In this document: one piece after another, positions 19,143 through 29,074 of the stretch | Layout of the letters: each line of letters begins with the position of its first letter | Position numbering within the stretch: the first letter of the stretch is position 1 | DNA from: Candidatus Latescibacterota bacterium | GTDB lineage: Bacteria > Latescibacterota > UBA2968 > UBA8231 | NCBI GenBank assembly: GCA_965248265.1 | Contig: CBDFJF010000001.1 | Location: 2,112,001 to 2,176,000 of the forward strand | Reading direction: 5' to 3' | DNA: 64,000 nucleotides | The notes under the pieces: model-generated | Seen by the model: only the letters and a program-made list of their open reading frames with translations | Database searches by the model: none | Told to the model about the DNA's origin: nothing | Program-made: the position numbers and the translations under genes

Positions 19143-20321
19143 TTGAACCGCAGAGAAGCTCCGGCGGTAAACGTTCACGTCAGTGGCAGAGAGAGCAAAG
19201 CCATAGGCTTGAGCCTGGGCAGGAAGATCGGCCTGCTGGACGCTACTACTCAGCCGACAAGTAGCGAGAAGTTCGACAAGGGCAAATGGGACGCCCTGCA
19301 CCGGCAGCTCACCGTCGTCGACTCCTACTCGGCCGCCGTCGACATCGATGAGCTCCAGAGAGGCAGGGTGAACGTCGTGATCCAGGCGCTGGGTGCAGAA
19401 GAACTGCTGGTTAGCATACCAACCGAGGATGACGATGGCCTGCCGCTGCCCGGTGTGAAAATCTGGAAGCATGCCTTCGAAGGTGCCGAGCTTGTCGAAC
19501 GTGTCTGCCAGGTCATCGACGAGCACCGTCGTTTCGTTGACGCCTATGAGGATTACATCGGGCTGGCTCTCAGTGAAAGCGACGTGCGCCGCCTAGTCGG
19601 CGAGGGCAAAGTGGCCATGGTGATGATGCTGGTCAGCGGCTTGATCGCCGACGATCTCGACAACCTGCGCACCTACTACGACCTGGGTATCCGCACCATG
19701 GCGCTATGCCACCTGGGCAATGTCGGCTGGGCCGATTCGATGGCGGAACTGAAGGAATCCCCCGGACTCACGGACTTCGGCCGCGATGTCGTCAGAGCCT
19801 GTCAGGATTGGGGCATCCTCGTCGACCTGTCCCATGCCTCGGACCCGACATGCTGGCACGCCCTCGAAGTTTCGACAAGGCCGATCATGGCGACACATAC
19901 CAAGTGTCGCACTCTGACCGGCAGCTCCCGCGACCTGAGCGATGAACTGATCCGCGCCATCGCCGACACCGGTGGTGTGGTCGGGATCCTGGCTCCCACT
20001 CCGAAGACGGCTGACGAAAGCGGGGAATACCGCCTCCAGCGCGACCGGCGTTTGATGGAGAACTACCCGGACCCCTTCGAGCTGGCCGAGGCCAAGCTGG
20101 CGGACGCCGAGACCTGGGGCACCAAACTCGATCTGGAGAGCATCGATCACGCCGTCAAGGTCGCCGGCATCGATCACGTGGGCCTGGCTTCACACTTCCA
20201 GAATGTGCCTCAGTGGCGGGAATTCACCGGAGCGCTGATGGACCACGGCTACAAGCAAGAAGAGGCGGCCCAGATCCTGGGGGAAAACCACCTCCGGGTG
20301 CTTCGCGAGACCATCGATTGA
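19143..20321 (+). CDS. Membrane dipeptidase (peptidase M19) family protein with atypical metal ligands
   Basis: YYDLGIR, GLTDFGRDVV, VDLSH, ATH, LSDELIRAIADTGGVVG, GIDHVGL, ILGENHLRV. Start uncertain. Confidence 0.8.
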   Translation: MNRREAPAVNVHVSGRESKAIGLSLGRKIGLLDATTQPTSSEKFDKGKWDALHRQLTVVDSYSAAVDIDELQRGRVNVVIQALGAEELLVSIPTEDDDGLPLPGVKIWKHAFEGAELVERVCQVIDEHRRFVDAYEDYIGLALSESDVRRLVGEGKVAMVMMLVSGLIADDLDNLRTYYDLGIRTMALCHLGNVGWADSMAELKESPGLTDFGRDVVRACQDWGILVDLSHASDPTCWHALEVSTRPIMATHTKCRTLTGSSRDLSDELIRAIADTGGVVGILAPTPKTADESGEYRLQRDRRLMENYPDPFELAEAKLADAETWGTKLDLESIDHAVKVAGIDHVGLASHFQNVPQWREFTGALMDHGYKQEEAAQILGENHLRVLRETID

Positions 20322-20343
20322 TAGGGCGACTCGCGCGGGCGGT

Positions 20344-21408
20344 CTAGCCGCCCCCTCGGGAATACCCTCCAACGATGCGTTCGATCGCTGCAGCGAACGC
20401 TTCGACATCCTCTTCCGTCGTATCGAAGGCCGACATCCACCGCACCTTGCTGGTGGGCGCCATCAGATCGAAGCAGTAGAAGTGGAATTCCTCCTGCAGG
20501 GGGACCACACAAGGTGTCGGAATCTCGGCAAACACTCCATTGGCCTGGGTCGGGAACAGGACGTCGACACCGCGCACGCCGCTCACCTTCGATGACAGCA
20601 ACTTCGCCATGCGATTGGCGTGGCGGGCACAGCGCAACCACAGATCGCCACCCAGAAGCGCTTCGAGCTGGGCGCTGACGAAGCGCATCTTCGATGCCAG
20701 CTGGAGTCCCTGCTTGCGGACGTACTTGAAATCCGTCGCCAGCTTCGGATCGAAGAACACGACCGCTTCACCGATCATCATCCCGTTCTTGGTACCGCCG
20801 AACGACAGCACATCCACCCCCGCGTCTCGGGTCAACGCCCGCAGCGGCACATCCAGGTGAGCGGCCGCATTGGCCACCCGCGCGCCGTCCATGTGCAGGA
20901 ACAGTCCCTGCTCGTGGACGAAATCAGCTAATACACGCGTTTCTTCGATTGAGTAAACGGTTCCCGTCTCCGTCGCCTGCGTCATCAATACCACACGCGG
21001 TTGACTGGCGTGCTCGAAGCCCACTGAGCGGATCTGCGGGCGCACGGTGTCGATCGTCAGCTTGCCCCCCACGGAAGGCACCGGAATCGCCCGAGCACCG
21101 GTGAACCGCTCGATGGCGCCACACTCATCGTTGTGGATGTGCGAGGTCTCGGCGCAGATGACGCAGTGGTAGGGCGCCGACAATCCCGCGACACTGAGTA
21201 CATTGGCCGCAGAGCCGTTCAGAACAAAGAACACCTCTGAGTCCTCGCCGAAGTGCTGGCGAAATGCCGCCACCGCCCGTTCGGTGTAGGGGTCGGCGCC
21301 GTAGGCCATCACATGGCCGACATTGGCATCGATGATGGCCTGCAACACCTCCGGATGCATGCCGGCGTGGGTGTCGCTGGCAAAACTACGCTCCTGTTTT
21401 GGCTCCAA
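20344..21408 (-). CDS. ltaE: Low-specificity L-threonine aldolase (beta-eliminating lyase family)
   Basis: SFASD, HIHNDECG, LHMDGAR, SFGGTKNG. TTG start at 21408 has an RBS; ATG 21483 is an alternative. Confidence 0.85.
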   Translation of the reverse strand: MEPKQERSFASDTHAGMHPEVLQAIIDANVGHVMAYGADPYTERAVAAFRQHFGEDSEVFFVLNGSAANVLSVAGLSAPYHCVICAETSHIHNDECGAIERFTGARAIPVPSVGGKLTIDTVRPQIRSVGFEHASQPRVVLMTQATETGTVYSIEETRVLADFVHEQGLFLHMDGARVANAAAHLDVPLRALTRDAGVDVLSFGGTKNGMMIGEAVVFFDPKLATDFKYVRKQGLQLASKMRFVSAQLEALLGGDLWLRCARHANRMAKLLSSKVSGVRGVDVLFPTQANGVFAEIPTPCVVPLQEEFHFYCFDLMAPTSKVRWMSAFDTTEEDVEAFAAAIERIVGGYSRGGG

Positions 21409-21539
21409 GTTTCCTCTCCCCTGAGCGGATTCGATGGTTTGGCATTGTGCGTGATGTACACTTTGTTCAATCACATTGTCCATTCGGCCGATGCGAATAT
21501 AACCCCCGTGTGGATATTCGTGAATAGGAGTAGCGTTTC

Positions 21540-22505
21540 ATGGAGTACACGACGTTGGGAAGAACCGGCTTGCGAGTCAGCGTGGCGGGATTGGGATGCG
21601 GCGGCTTCAGCCGCCTCGGTCAGAGCGCCGGACGCAGTGTGGAGGAGTCCGTGGCCGTTGTCCGCCAAGCGTTGGATCTGGGCATCAACTTCGTCGACAC
21701 CGCCGCCGGATATCACACCGAGCCGATCGTGGGCAAAGCCCTCCAGGGAGTTGGTCGGGACACTGTGGTCCTGTCCACCAAAGCATCGATCGCCAAGGAC
21801 GACAAGCGGGAATCTCCTGCACAGATAGTGAGCAGTCTGGATCAGTCGCTGAAGAACCTTCGAGTGGACTGCATCGACGTGTTTCATCTCCATGGCGTGG
21901 AAGCCCGGGATTGTGACTACGCCTGCGACGAGATCGTGCCAGCCGTGTTACGCGAACGCGACAGGGGCAAGTTCCGCTTCCTGGGGATCACGGAGATCCC
22001 ACCACACGACCCCGGCCACGAGTCCCTGGTGCAGGCGCTGCCGACAAACCTGTTCGACGTGACCATGGTCGCCTACCACATGCTGCATCAGTCCGCACGC
22101 CGGCTGATCTTGCCGCTCGCCGTAGAGAAAAACGTCGGAGTCCTCATCATGTTTGCCGTGCGTGTGATTTTCAGCGCGCCGGGCTGGCTGCAGCGCGTCG
22201 TCGGCGAGCTGGTCGAATCGGGACACCTACCACCGGAATTGAAGGACGACCCGGAACCCCTGGGATTCCTCCTGCGCGACGGGAACGCCCGCAGTGTAAT
22301 CGATGCGGCCTACCGCTACTGCCGCCACACACCGGGCACGGACGTGGTTCTGTTCGGAACCGGGGACCCGGACCACGTGCGAGCCAATGTCGAATCCATT
22401 CTGAGCCCGCCACTGCCGCCGGCCCACGTGCAGAAACTGGAGGCGCTGTTCGGGGCGCTGACGGACGTGGGACTGGATCTTCCCGCACCCGTGGACGAAG
22501 GATGA
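21540..22505 (+). CDS. Aldo/keto reductase
   Basis: LGRTGLRVS..GLG, GINFVDTA..Y, SLKNLRVDCID..HLH. Confidence 0.9.
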   Translation: MEYTTLGRTGLRVSVAGLGCGGFSRLGQSAGRSVEESVAVVRQALDLGINFVDTAAGYHTEPIVGKALQGVGRDTVVLSTKASIAKDDKRESPAQIVSSLDQSLKNLRVDCIDVFHLHGVEARDCDYACDEIVPAVLRERDRGKFRFLGITEIPPHDPGHESLVQALPTNLFDVTMVAYHMLHQSARRLILPLAVEKNVGVLIMFAVRVIFSAPGWLQRVVGELVESGHLPPELKDDPEPLGFLLRDGNARSVIDAAYRYCRHTPGTDVVLFGTGDPDHVRANVESILSPPLPPAHVQKLEALFGALTDVGLDLPAPVDEG

Positions 22506-22584
22506 CTCCCTGCCTGACGCTTGACGTGATCGTCTTAGTCGACGGACACTGCCCGGAGCGGCCATCGTCCGGTAGCGAGCCGCG

Positions 22585-23943
22585 ATGACCGCGTCCGATA
22601 CCGAAGCACCGATCGACGCCAACCCGTGGGAGCGCGCCCGCCGCGTGTGGCGCCTGGCCGTGCCCTCGGCGGCCGAGGCCATGCTGGGTATGTTGGTCGG
22701 GCTCGTGAACATTTACCTGGTGGGTCATCTGGGCGCGACCTCCATCGCCGCTGTCGGACTCGGGTGGCATGTGGCCCTGTCGGTCATGATTCTGTTCACT
22801 GGGGTAGGTACGGGGGCAACCGCCCTCGTCGCCCGCATGGTCGGCGCTCGGGACTGGGTCGGCGCCAACCGGGTAGTGATGCAGGCCGTCACCATCGCCT
22901 TCACGGTCGGCGTTTTGGCCACCGTGCTCCTCTTCGGCTTCGCTGAACCAGCCCTGGCTGTGATGGGTGCCGAAGGCGAGGTCCTGACCCAGGCGACCTT
23001 GTTCCTGCAGGCCATCAGTTCCGTCTTCTCCATCTCCGCCATCACCTTCGTCGGCAACGCCTGCATGCGGGGCGCCGGCGACGCCCGCACGCCAATGTTG
23101 GTTATGATGGTCGTTAACCTCGTCAACGTGGCCGTTGCCTGGGTCTTGGTTCAGGGTGTGGGACCCTTTCCTGCCCTTGGCGTTCTGGGAGCTGGGATCG
23201 GCTCGGCGGTCGGTCGTTCCCTGGGGGCCCTGCTCGTCATCGGTCTGTTGCTGCGCGGCCGGGCCGGCCTACGTCTGCGCTGGCACGGTCCGGACCCTGA
23301 CATCATCAAACGCCTGCTGCGGGTCGGCCTCCCAGCGTCACTGGACCAACTCATCCACCGGTTGGGCATGCTCTCCTTCGTCCGCATCGTCGCCACCCTG
23401 GGCACGGCCTCCTTCGCCGCCCATCAGATAGCCCTGAACGCCGAATCCATATTCTTCATGCCAGGTTGGGGATTCGCCATGGCCGCGACGACGCTGGTCG
23501 GCCAGGGACTGGGTGCGCGCGACCCCAGACAAGCAGAACGCGACGCCGTGCTCACCTTCTACATCGCCGCCGCTTTCATGTCGACGATGGGCATAGCCTT
23601 CCTCGTTTTCGCTCCGCAGTTCATCGGGCTGTTCACCGACGATCCCGAAGTCATCGCCGCCGGCAGCATGCCGCTGAGGTTGATCGGCCTCGCACAACCC
23701 TTCCTCGCTGCAATGATGATCTTTGGAGGCGGCTTGCGGGGCGCCGGCGATACCCTGACCCCAATGTGGATCAACGGCGGAGCCATCTGGCTCCTGCGCA
23801 TTCCACTGTCGTTGTTGGTGACCTACTGGTTGGGCTGGGGATTGACCGGTGTATGGATGGTCATGTCCTTCGATCTGGCCGTGCGTGGCGGTCTCATGTT
23901 CCGGCAGTTCAGGCGAGGCGGGTGGAAGAAGATGAGAGTGTAG
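22585..23943 (+). CDS. MATE family efflux transporter
   Basis: About 12 TMs, RGAGDARTPM, LGVLGAG, LVGQGLGA, LRGAGDT. Confidence 0.92.
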   Translation: MTASDTEAPIDANPWERARRVWRLAVPSAAEAMLGMLVGLVNIYLVGHLGATSIAAVGLGWHVALSVMILFTGVGTGATALVARMVGARDWVGANRVVMQAVTIAFTVGVLATVLLFGFAEPALAVMGAEGEVLTQATLFLQAISSVFSISAITFVGNACMRGAGDARTPMLVMMVVNLVNVAVAWVLVQGVGPFPALGVLGAGIGSAVGRSLGALLVIGLLLRGRAGLRLRWHGPDPDIIKRLLRVGLPASLDQLIHRLGMLSFVRIVATLGTASFAAHQIALNAESIFFMPGWGFAMAATTLVGQGLGARDPRQAERDAVLTFYIAAAFMSTMGIAFLVFAPQFIGLFTDDPEVIAAGSMPLRLIGLAQPFLAAMMIFGGGLRGAGDTLTPMWINGGAIWLLRIPLSLLVTYWLGWGLTGVWMVMSFDLAVRGGLMFRQFRRGGWKKMRV

Positions 23944-23955
23944 ACCGATCCGCCA

Positions 23956-24840
23956 CTACACCGGCACTGCCCCTGCCGCCGCGAGCCGGCGTTTGGCTTC
24001 CTCGTAGACTTCGCCGGACAACGGACCCCGTCGAGCAGCCTCCGCGTTCTGGCGCAGGTGTTCCACATTCTGACTGCCGACGATGATCGTGTGGATAGCG
24101 GAATGCGACAGCGTCAGGCGGAGCATGAAGGCGGTCTTCGTGTCCCCGTCCCGGAGCTCGTCGAGTTTTGCCTGGTCCCACAGGTTCCATGCGTCGGCCC
24201 CCCCACGACTGCTGAGCCCGGGTTCGCCCTGGTGGACCCCGCCTCGAATGATCGTGCCCATGCCGGCCTTCGCCGCCTTCGTGATCCACTCCTCATTGGT
24301 GCGAGACAAGCCCGAGTAGGGAATCTGGAACGTATCGAAGACACCCTTTTCCGTGAAGACACCCAAGTGCGGTGAAGACGTGGAGGCGCCGATCCAGCGC
24401 ACCTTACCCTGGCCGCGCATTTCTTCTAGGGCGTCAACCAGTCCTCCCTCATCAACATGCTCCGGTGTCGCTCCGTGCAATTGCATGATGTCGATGTAGT
24501 CGGTCTGCAGCCGTTTCAAGCTGCGCTCGAGGCCTATGAACAGATTCTCCCGAGTCCACTCGCGACCCTTCGGAATGCACCCGCACTTGGTCGCCAGCGT
24601 GTATTCATCCCGTCGATGGGAGAGAAAACGGCCAATAAAGGGCTCACTGCGACCGTAGCAGTCAGCGGTGTCTATGAAGTTGATCCCATTGTCGAGTACG
24701 GTGTTGAGGACGGCTTCAGCGTGGTCGTCCTCGATAGGCCATTTGTTGCTCGCGTCCCTCAGGGCCATGCCGCCAAAACCAAGACGGGTAACTTCGATTC
24801 CGGTGCGCCCCAGCGTGGCTTCAGTCAGTTCATTCGGCAT
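23956..24840 (-). CDS. Aldo/keto reductase
   Basis: LGRTGIEVTRLGFG, GINFIDTADCYG, SLKRLQTDYID. Start moved to ATG 24840. Confidence 0.9.
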   Translation of the reverse strand: MPNELTEATLGRTGIEVTRLGFGGMALRDASNKWPIEDDHAEAVLNTVLDNGINFIDTADCYGRSEPFIGRFLSHRRDEYTLATKCGCIPKGREWTRENLFIGLERSLKRLQTDYIDIMQLHGATPEHVDEGGLVDALEEMRGQGKVRWIGASTSSPHLGVFTEKGVFDTFQIPYSGLSRTNEEWITKAAKAGMGTIIRGGVHQGEPGLSSRGGADAWNLWDQAKLDELRDGDTKTAFMLRLTLSHSAIHTIIVGSQNVEHLRQNAEAARRGPLSGEVYEEAKRRLAAAGAVPV

Positions 24841-24973
24841 GGCGATCCTCTTTGGTTTCTTGATAAGCTTCGGTAGTGTATTGAATAGTTGACCTGCAAG
24901 ATAGACTGCTGGCCCGCAGCCCTGCTTCCGTGTTACTTTGTTTGCTGCTGGACGGATACGAAAGGAGTTTCTG

Positions 24974-25711
24974 ATGGAGGTGATCATTGCAGAGGACGCC
25001 GCGGAGATGGGACGCACCGCGGCCGACGACGGGGCCGTGCTGATTCGCCGGGCCATCGAGAAGCGCGGCAGCGCCAACATCATCGTGGCGACGGGGGCAT
25101 CTCAGTTCGAGGTGTTCGCTGCCCTGACCTCGATAGGTGATATCGATTGGTCGAGAGTCAACGGTTTCCACCTCGACGAGTACATCGGCTTGCCGTTGTC
25201 TCACCCGGCTTCGTTCCGTGGTTACCTGAAGGAGCGCTTCGTCGACAAGGTGCCCCTGGCCGCCTTCCATTACGTCGACGGTGAAACCGATCCGACGTCT
25301 GAGTGCCAGCGTCTGGGAGCACTGATTACCGAGCATCCGATCGACGTGGCCTTCGTCGGCATCGGCGAGAACGGCCACCTGGCGTTCAATGACCCTCCGG
25401 CGGATTTCGACACCGAGCAACCCTACATCGTCGTGACGCTGGATGAGGGATGCCGTAAGCAACAACATGGCGAGGGCTGGTTCAAGACATTCGACGACGT
25501 CCCCGAGCAAGCCATCAGCATGTCCATCAAACAGATCCTGTTGTCCCGTACAATCGTTTGCAGCGTGCCGGACGAGCGCAAAGCTGGTGCGGTCGTACGT
25601 GCGATCGAAGGTCCGGTTACACCGCAAGTGCCGGCTTCCATCCTGCAACAGCATCCCAGAACCACCATCTATCTCGACGCGGCAGCGGCGAGTCAGCTGA
25701 CCTCGGACTGA
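24974..25711 (+). CDS. nagB: Glucosamine-6-phosphate deaminase
   Basis: [33 protein letters not shown]; AAGGAG RBS. Confidence 0.9.
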   Translation: MEVIIAEDAAEMGRTAADDGAVLIRRAIEKRGSANIIVATGASQFEVFAALTSIGDIDWSRVNGFHLDEYIGLPLSHPASFRGYLKERFVDKVPLAAFHYVDGETDPTSECQRLGALITEHPIDVAFVGIGENGHLAFNDPPADFDTEQPYIVVTLDEGCRKQQHGEGWFKTFDDVPEQAISMSIKQILLSRTIVCSVPDERKAGAVVRAIEGPVTPQVPASILQQHPRTTIYLDAAAASQLTSD

Positions 25712-25713
25712 CA

Positions 25714-26643
25714 ATGAACGCGGCCGCGCAAGACGGGTACGTCGACCTGCAGGTCAACGGCTATTTCGGCGTTGACTTCAACAGCGACGACCTGTCGGCG
25801 GAGACACTGCACAATGCCTGCACCCAGTTGAAAGCGGACGGCAACGCGGGAATCCTCGCTACCATCATTACCGATGATATCGATGTCATGTGTGCTCGCC
25901 TGCAGCGACTCGTCCACCTGCGCGCGGCCGACGACCTCGCCCGCGATCTCATCTGGGGAGTTCACATCGAAGGACCGTTCATCAACGAGACTCCCGGCTA
26001 CGTCGGCGCCCACCCGCCCGCGGCGGTACGGCCAGCCGATGTCGATGCCGCCGAACGACTGCTCGCGGCCGCCGATGGACTAACCCGCGTCGTCACCCTC
26101 GCTCCCGAGCGCGATCCCGGGTTGGCCGTAACGCGCTTTCTTGCCGATCAGGGAGTCACCGTCTCCGCCGGACACTGCAATCCGTCACTGGCCGAACTCG
26201 AAGCAGCGATTCAGGCCGGTCTGTCGATGTTCACTCACGTCGGCAACGGCTGCCCGATGCTGCTCGATCGCCACGACAACATCATCCAACGTGCCTTGAG
26301 CCTGGCCCAATCGCTCTGGCTCTGTTTCATCGCCGATGACGTCCATGTGCCCTGCGTTGCCCTGGGCAACTATCTGCGCACCGCCGGCATGGATCGTTGC
26401 ATCGTCGTCACCGACGCCATGGCCGCCGCCGGGTTAGGTCAGGGGCGCTACTCGATGGGGTCTCAAGTGGTTGAGGTCGATGAGAACCTGGTTGCCCGCA
26501 TCCCCGGAGTTGACACTCATCTGGCCGGCTCCGCCGTCACCATGCCACGGTCAGCCGAGAACCTGCGCGATGTCCTCGGATTGACCGGAAGAGAGATTGA
26601 CAGCCTGACCTCGCTCAACGCGAGGCAACTGCTGCAAGTTTGA
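25714..26643 (+). CDS. nagA: N-acetylglucosamine-6-phosphate deacetylase
   Basis: DLQVNG, GVHIEGPFI, GAH, TLAPE, GH, THVGNG, IADDVH, TDAM, LAGS. Confidence 0.9.
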   Translation: MNAAAQDGYVDLQVNGYFGVDFNSDDLSAETLHNACTQLKADGNAGILATIITDDIDVMCARLQRLVHLRAADDLARDLIWGVHIEGPFINETPGYVGAHPPAAVRPADVDAAERLLAAADGLTRVVTLAPERDPGLAVTRFLADQGVTVSAGHCNPSLAELEAAIQAGLSMFTHVGNGCPMLLDRHDNIIQRALSLAQSLWLCFIADDVHVPCVALGNYLRTAGMDRCIVVTDAMAAAGLGQGRYSMGSQVVEVDENLVARIPGVDTHLAGSAVTMPRSAENLRDVLGLTGREIDSLTSLNARQLLQV

Positions 26644-26662
26644 CACCTGAGGAGATAGAATC

Positions 26663-27820
26663 ATGACGAACGCCAAATACAAAGTGGCCGGCATAGGCAT
26701 AGGACGCGCCGGCACCGGTCGCACTCGTGCCTACGCCATCCACCCGCTGTGCGAAGTCGTGGCCGTCGCTGAGTCCGATCCCGCCAACCTGGAGCTGGCC
26801 GCTGCCCGCTTCGAGGTACCCGGCTACGCCGACTGCGTGGAGATGTTCGAGAAACACCAGATTGACATCGCCGTCGCCTCCTTGCCGGTGCGCGCCAATC
26901 ACGCGGTGGTAATGGCCGCCGCAGAAGCCGGCGTCAAGGTGATGGTGACGGAAAAACCGTTGACGGCTGAGCTGTCTCAGGCAGATGAAATGGTTGAGGC
27001 CTGCCGCTCGCGCGGCATCCAGTTCGCGGCGGGACTCCTCTCAATGAACAGGATCAACCACTGGACGGCTAAGGAGATGGTCAGATCCGGAGCGATCGGC
27101 GAAATACGGCGCGTCAATATCTACGACACCAACACCCAGGGCGGTTGCCACGGCGTCAATCTGGCTCGCCACTTTGCCGGCACCCCTGAAGTCGACCATG
27201 TCATCGGATGGACAAAGGGCGACGCGGCCAGCGACTACGAAGACGCTCACACTGGACGAGAGCACGACCAGGGTTTCCAGGGATTGGGTGGCTACATCCG
27301 CTTCGCCAATGGAATAGAGGTCTTCAGCAGCTGTGGGCCGGTCCCCTGGCGGGGGTTCGAGGTCATCGGCTCCCACGGCATACTCTATAAAGACAACACG
27401 ACCGCGCTCCAGCTTCACATGTTAAAGGCGCCGGACGGAGTAGAAAAGGCCGATTTCGCCTCATTCGAGAGAGTCGAGGTGCCGGATATCGCACCTCCGC
27501 TGAGAAGTGGAGAGCACCAGTACGACGACGAGGGCTGGGCCAACCTGACCGACGGTATGGTTCGCAGCGCCGGTGCCGTCGTGGAATCTCTGGAGACTGG
27601 CACGGACGTAAGACTGACCACCGGAGGCGACCTGGCGGCCGCCCTGGAGATATGTATCGCCCTGCGCGAATCAGCCCGGCGCGGCAATACGCCGGTCGAG
27701 TTGCCCCTCGCCGATCGCAACCTGGTGATGTACCCTCAGAACTCGCGCTGGAACTACAAGAAGGAAATCATGGGCCACGACGCCTACATGGACGCCCTTG
27801 CCCAGCAGCGTAAAGACTAG
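26663..27820 (+). CDS. Gfo/Idh/MocA family oxidoreductase
   Basis: GIGRAG, TEKP, GAIGEI. Confidence 0.85.
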   Translation: MTNAKYKVAGIGIGRAGTGRTRAYAIHPLCEVVAVAESDPANLELAAARFEVPGYADCVEMFEKHQIDIAVASLPVRANHAVVMAAAEAGVKVMVTEKPLTAELSQADEMVEACRSRGIQFAAGLLSMNRINHWTAKEMVRSGAIGEIRRVNIYDTNTQGGCHGVNLARHFAGTPEVDHVIGWTKGDAASDYEDAHTGREHDQGFQGLGGYIRFANGIEVFSSCGPVPWRGFEVIGSHGILYKDNTTALQLHMLKAPDGVEKADFASFERVEVPDIAPPLRSGEHQYDDEGWANLTDGMVRSAGAVVESLETGTDVRLTTGGDLAAALEICIALRESARRGNTPVELPLADRNLVMYPQNSRWNYKKEIMGHDAYMDALAQQRKD

Positions 27821-27841
27821 GCCGGCGACGACCCACAATCG

Positions 27842-27919
27842 CGCAGTCTCAACAGCTAGATGGAGTACCTGCTGCGCGAAGCCGTGAAGAAGCAGCGGCG
27901 GCGCGAGAAAGGGACCTGA
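27842..27919 (+). pseudogene. Remnant of an Arc/ribbon-helix-helix protein C-terminus
   Basis: Reads RSLNS*MEYLLREAVKKQRRREKGT*, resembling the Arc-family RSLNxQIExLLREA with Q (CAG) mutated to TAG; no 5' half. Confidence 0.5.
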
Positions 27920-27953
27920 CGGAGACCGACGCGTTTACACCCATCGGTGTGTT

Positions 27954-29039
27954 TCAGCCCGCTCCCAGATCCAGGTTGTAGTCACCTGGATCCATCTCCA
28001 GATCCTCGGCCAATCCGCGCAGGCTGATCAGGACATCCTCTGGCAGCTCCATCCCGTCGACGACTGCTTTGTCGCGGCGTTCCCACTCCATCTCGCCCGG
28101 CATGTAGATGCGATCCGTACCCTCGGCGGTCGGCGCCGACAGCAGTTCCTGTCGCATGTGTGCCATGCGGCTGTTGAAGTCCGCCGCCGGCATCATCGCC
28201 GACACGTCGATGGCCAGAAAGGCATGTCCCTGATTGCTCGGATCGGGCAAATCGGAGGCCCAGCTCTGCACCTGACTCATCATTGCAGACCCCGTCATGA
28301 CCGCGGTCAGGATCTCTACCAGCACGGCCATGCCATATCCCTTGTGCCCCGCCATCGGCAGTTGTGCGCCCTTCTCCGGGTACTCGTTAGGATCCGTCGT
28401 CGGCACACCGTTCTCATCCACCAACCATGTGTCCGGAATACTGCGGCCTTCGTTCCGCGCGGCGAAAATCTTGGTTGCAGCTACGGCGCTCGTAGCGATG
28501 TCCAGCATTACCGTGTGCTCGGTCCCCGTCGGCGCCGCGTAGGCAATCGGATTGGTCCCCAGCATCTTGGCCTTACCTCCTGGCACGGTCATGCAAGGCT
28601 CCACGTTGCACATCGACATCCCGAGCATGCCGTGCTCGGCAATCATGTTGGCGTAGAAGCCGGCCGCCCCGTAGTGACTGCTTCCACGGATACCGATATA
28701 GGCCATGCCGGTCTCGCGGGCCTTGCGAATCGCAAGCTCGACAGCACGGTACGAGATCGAAGGCGGCATGCCATCACAGGCATCGATGATGGCCCAGGCC
28801 GGACCTTCTGTAACGATCTTCTCGCGCGCCTCGAGCTTCAGGCGCCCGCTGCGGGCATTCTTGAGCAGACCGCGGATCTGCCGGCTGCCATGGGTATAGG
28901 TGCCCCAGGTGTCAGTGGTTACGAAGACCTTCGCCGTGAGATTGGCATCATCCTCACTCAAGCCGGCTTTGCACAACGCCGCGACGCAGAACGCCTCGAG
29001 GTCGTTGGGGCGTATGGTAGCTGAATCGTTGTTTGCCAT
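27954..29039 (-). CDS. Ldh_2 family oxidoreductase (malate/L-lactate/L-sulfolactate dehydrogenase type)
   Basis: GTYTHG, SSHYGAAG, GTNPIAYA, LDIATS, GHKGYG, MPGE. Confidence 0.9.
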   Translation of the reverse strand: MANNDSATIRPNDLEAFCVAALCKAGLSEDDANLTAKVFVTTDTWGTYTHGSRQIRGLLKNARSGRLKLEAREKIVTEGPAWAIIDACDGMPPSISYRAVELAIRKARETGMAYIGIRGSSHYGAAGFYANMIAEHGMLGMSMCNVEPCMTVPGGKAKMLGTNPIAYAAPTGTEHTVMLDIATSAVAATKIFAARNEGRSIPDTWLVDENGVPTTDPNEYPEKGAQLPMAGHKGYGMAVLVEILTAVMTGSAMMSQVQSWASDLPDPSNQGHAFLAIDVSAMMPAADFNSRMAHMRQELLSAPTAEGTDRIYMPGEMEWERRDKAVVDGMELPEDVLISLRGLAEDLEMDPGDYNLDLGAG

Positions 29040-29074
29040 TGTTCGTTCACTCCTCCGTTTTGAATCGGGCAAGG

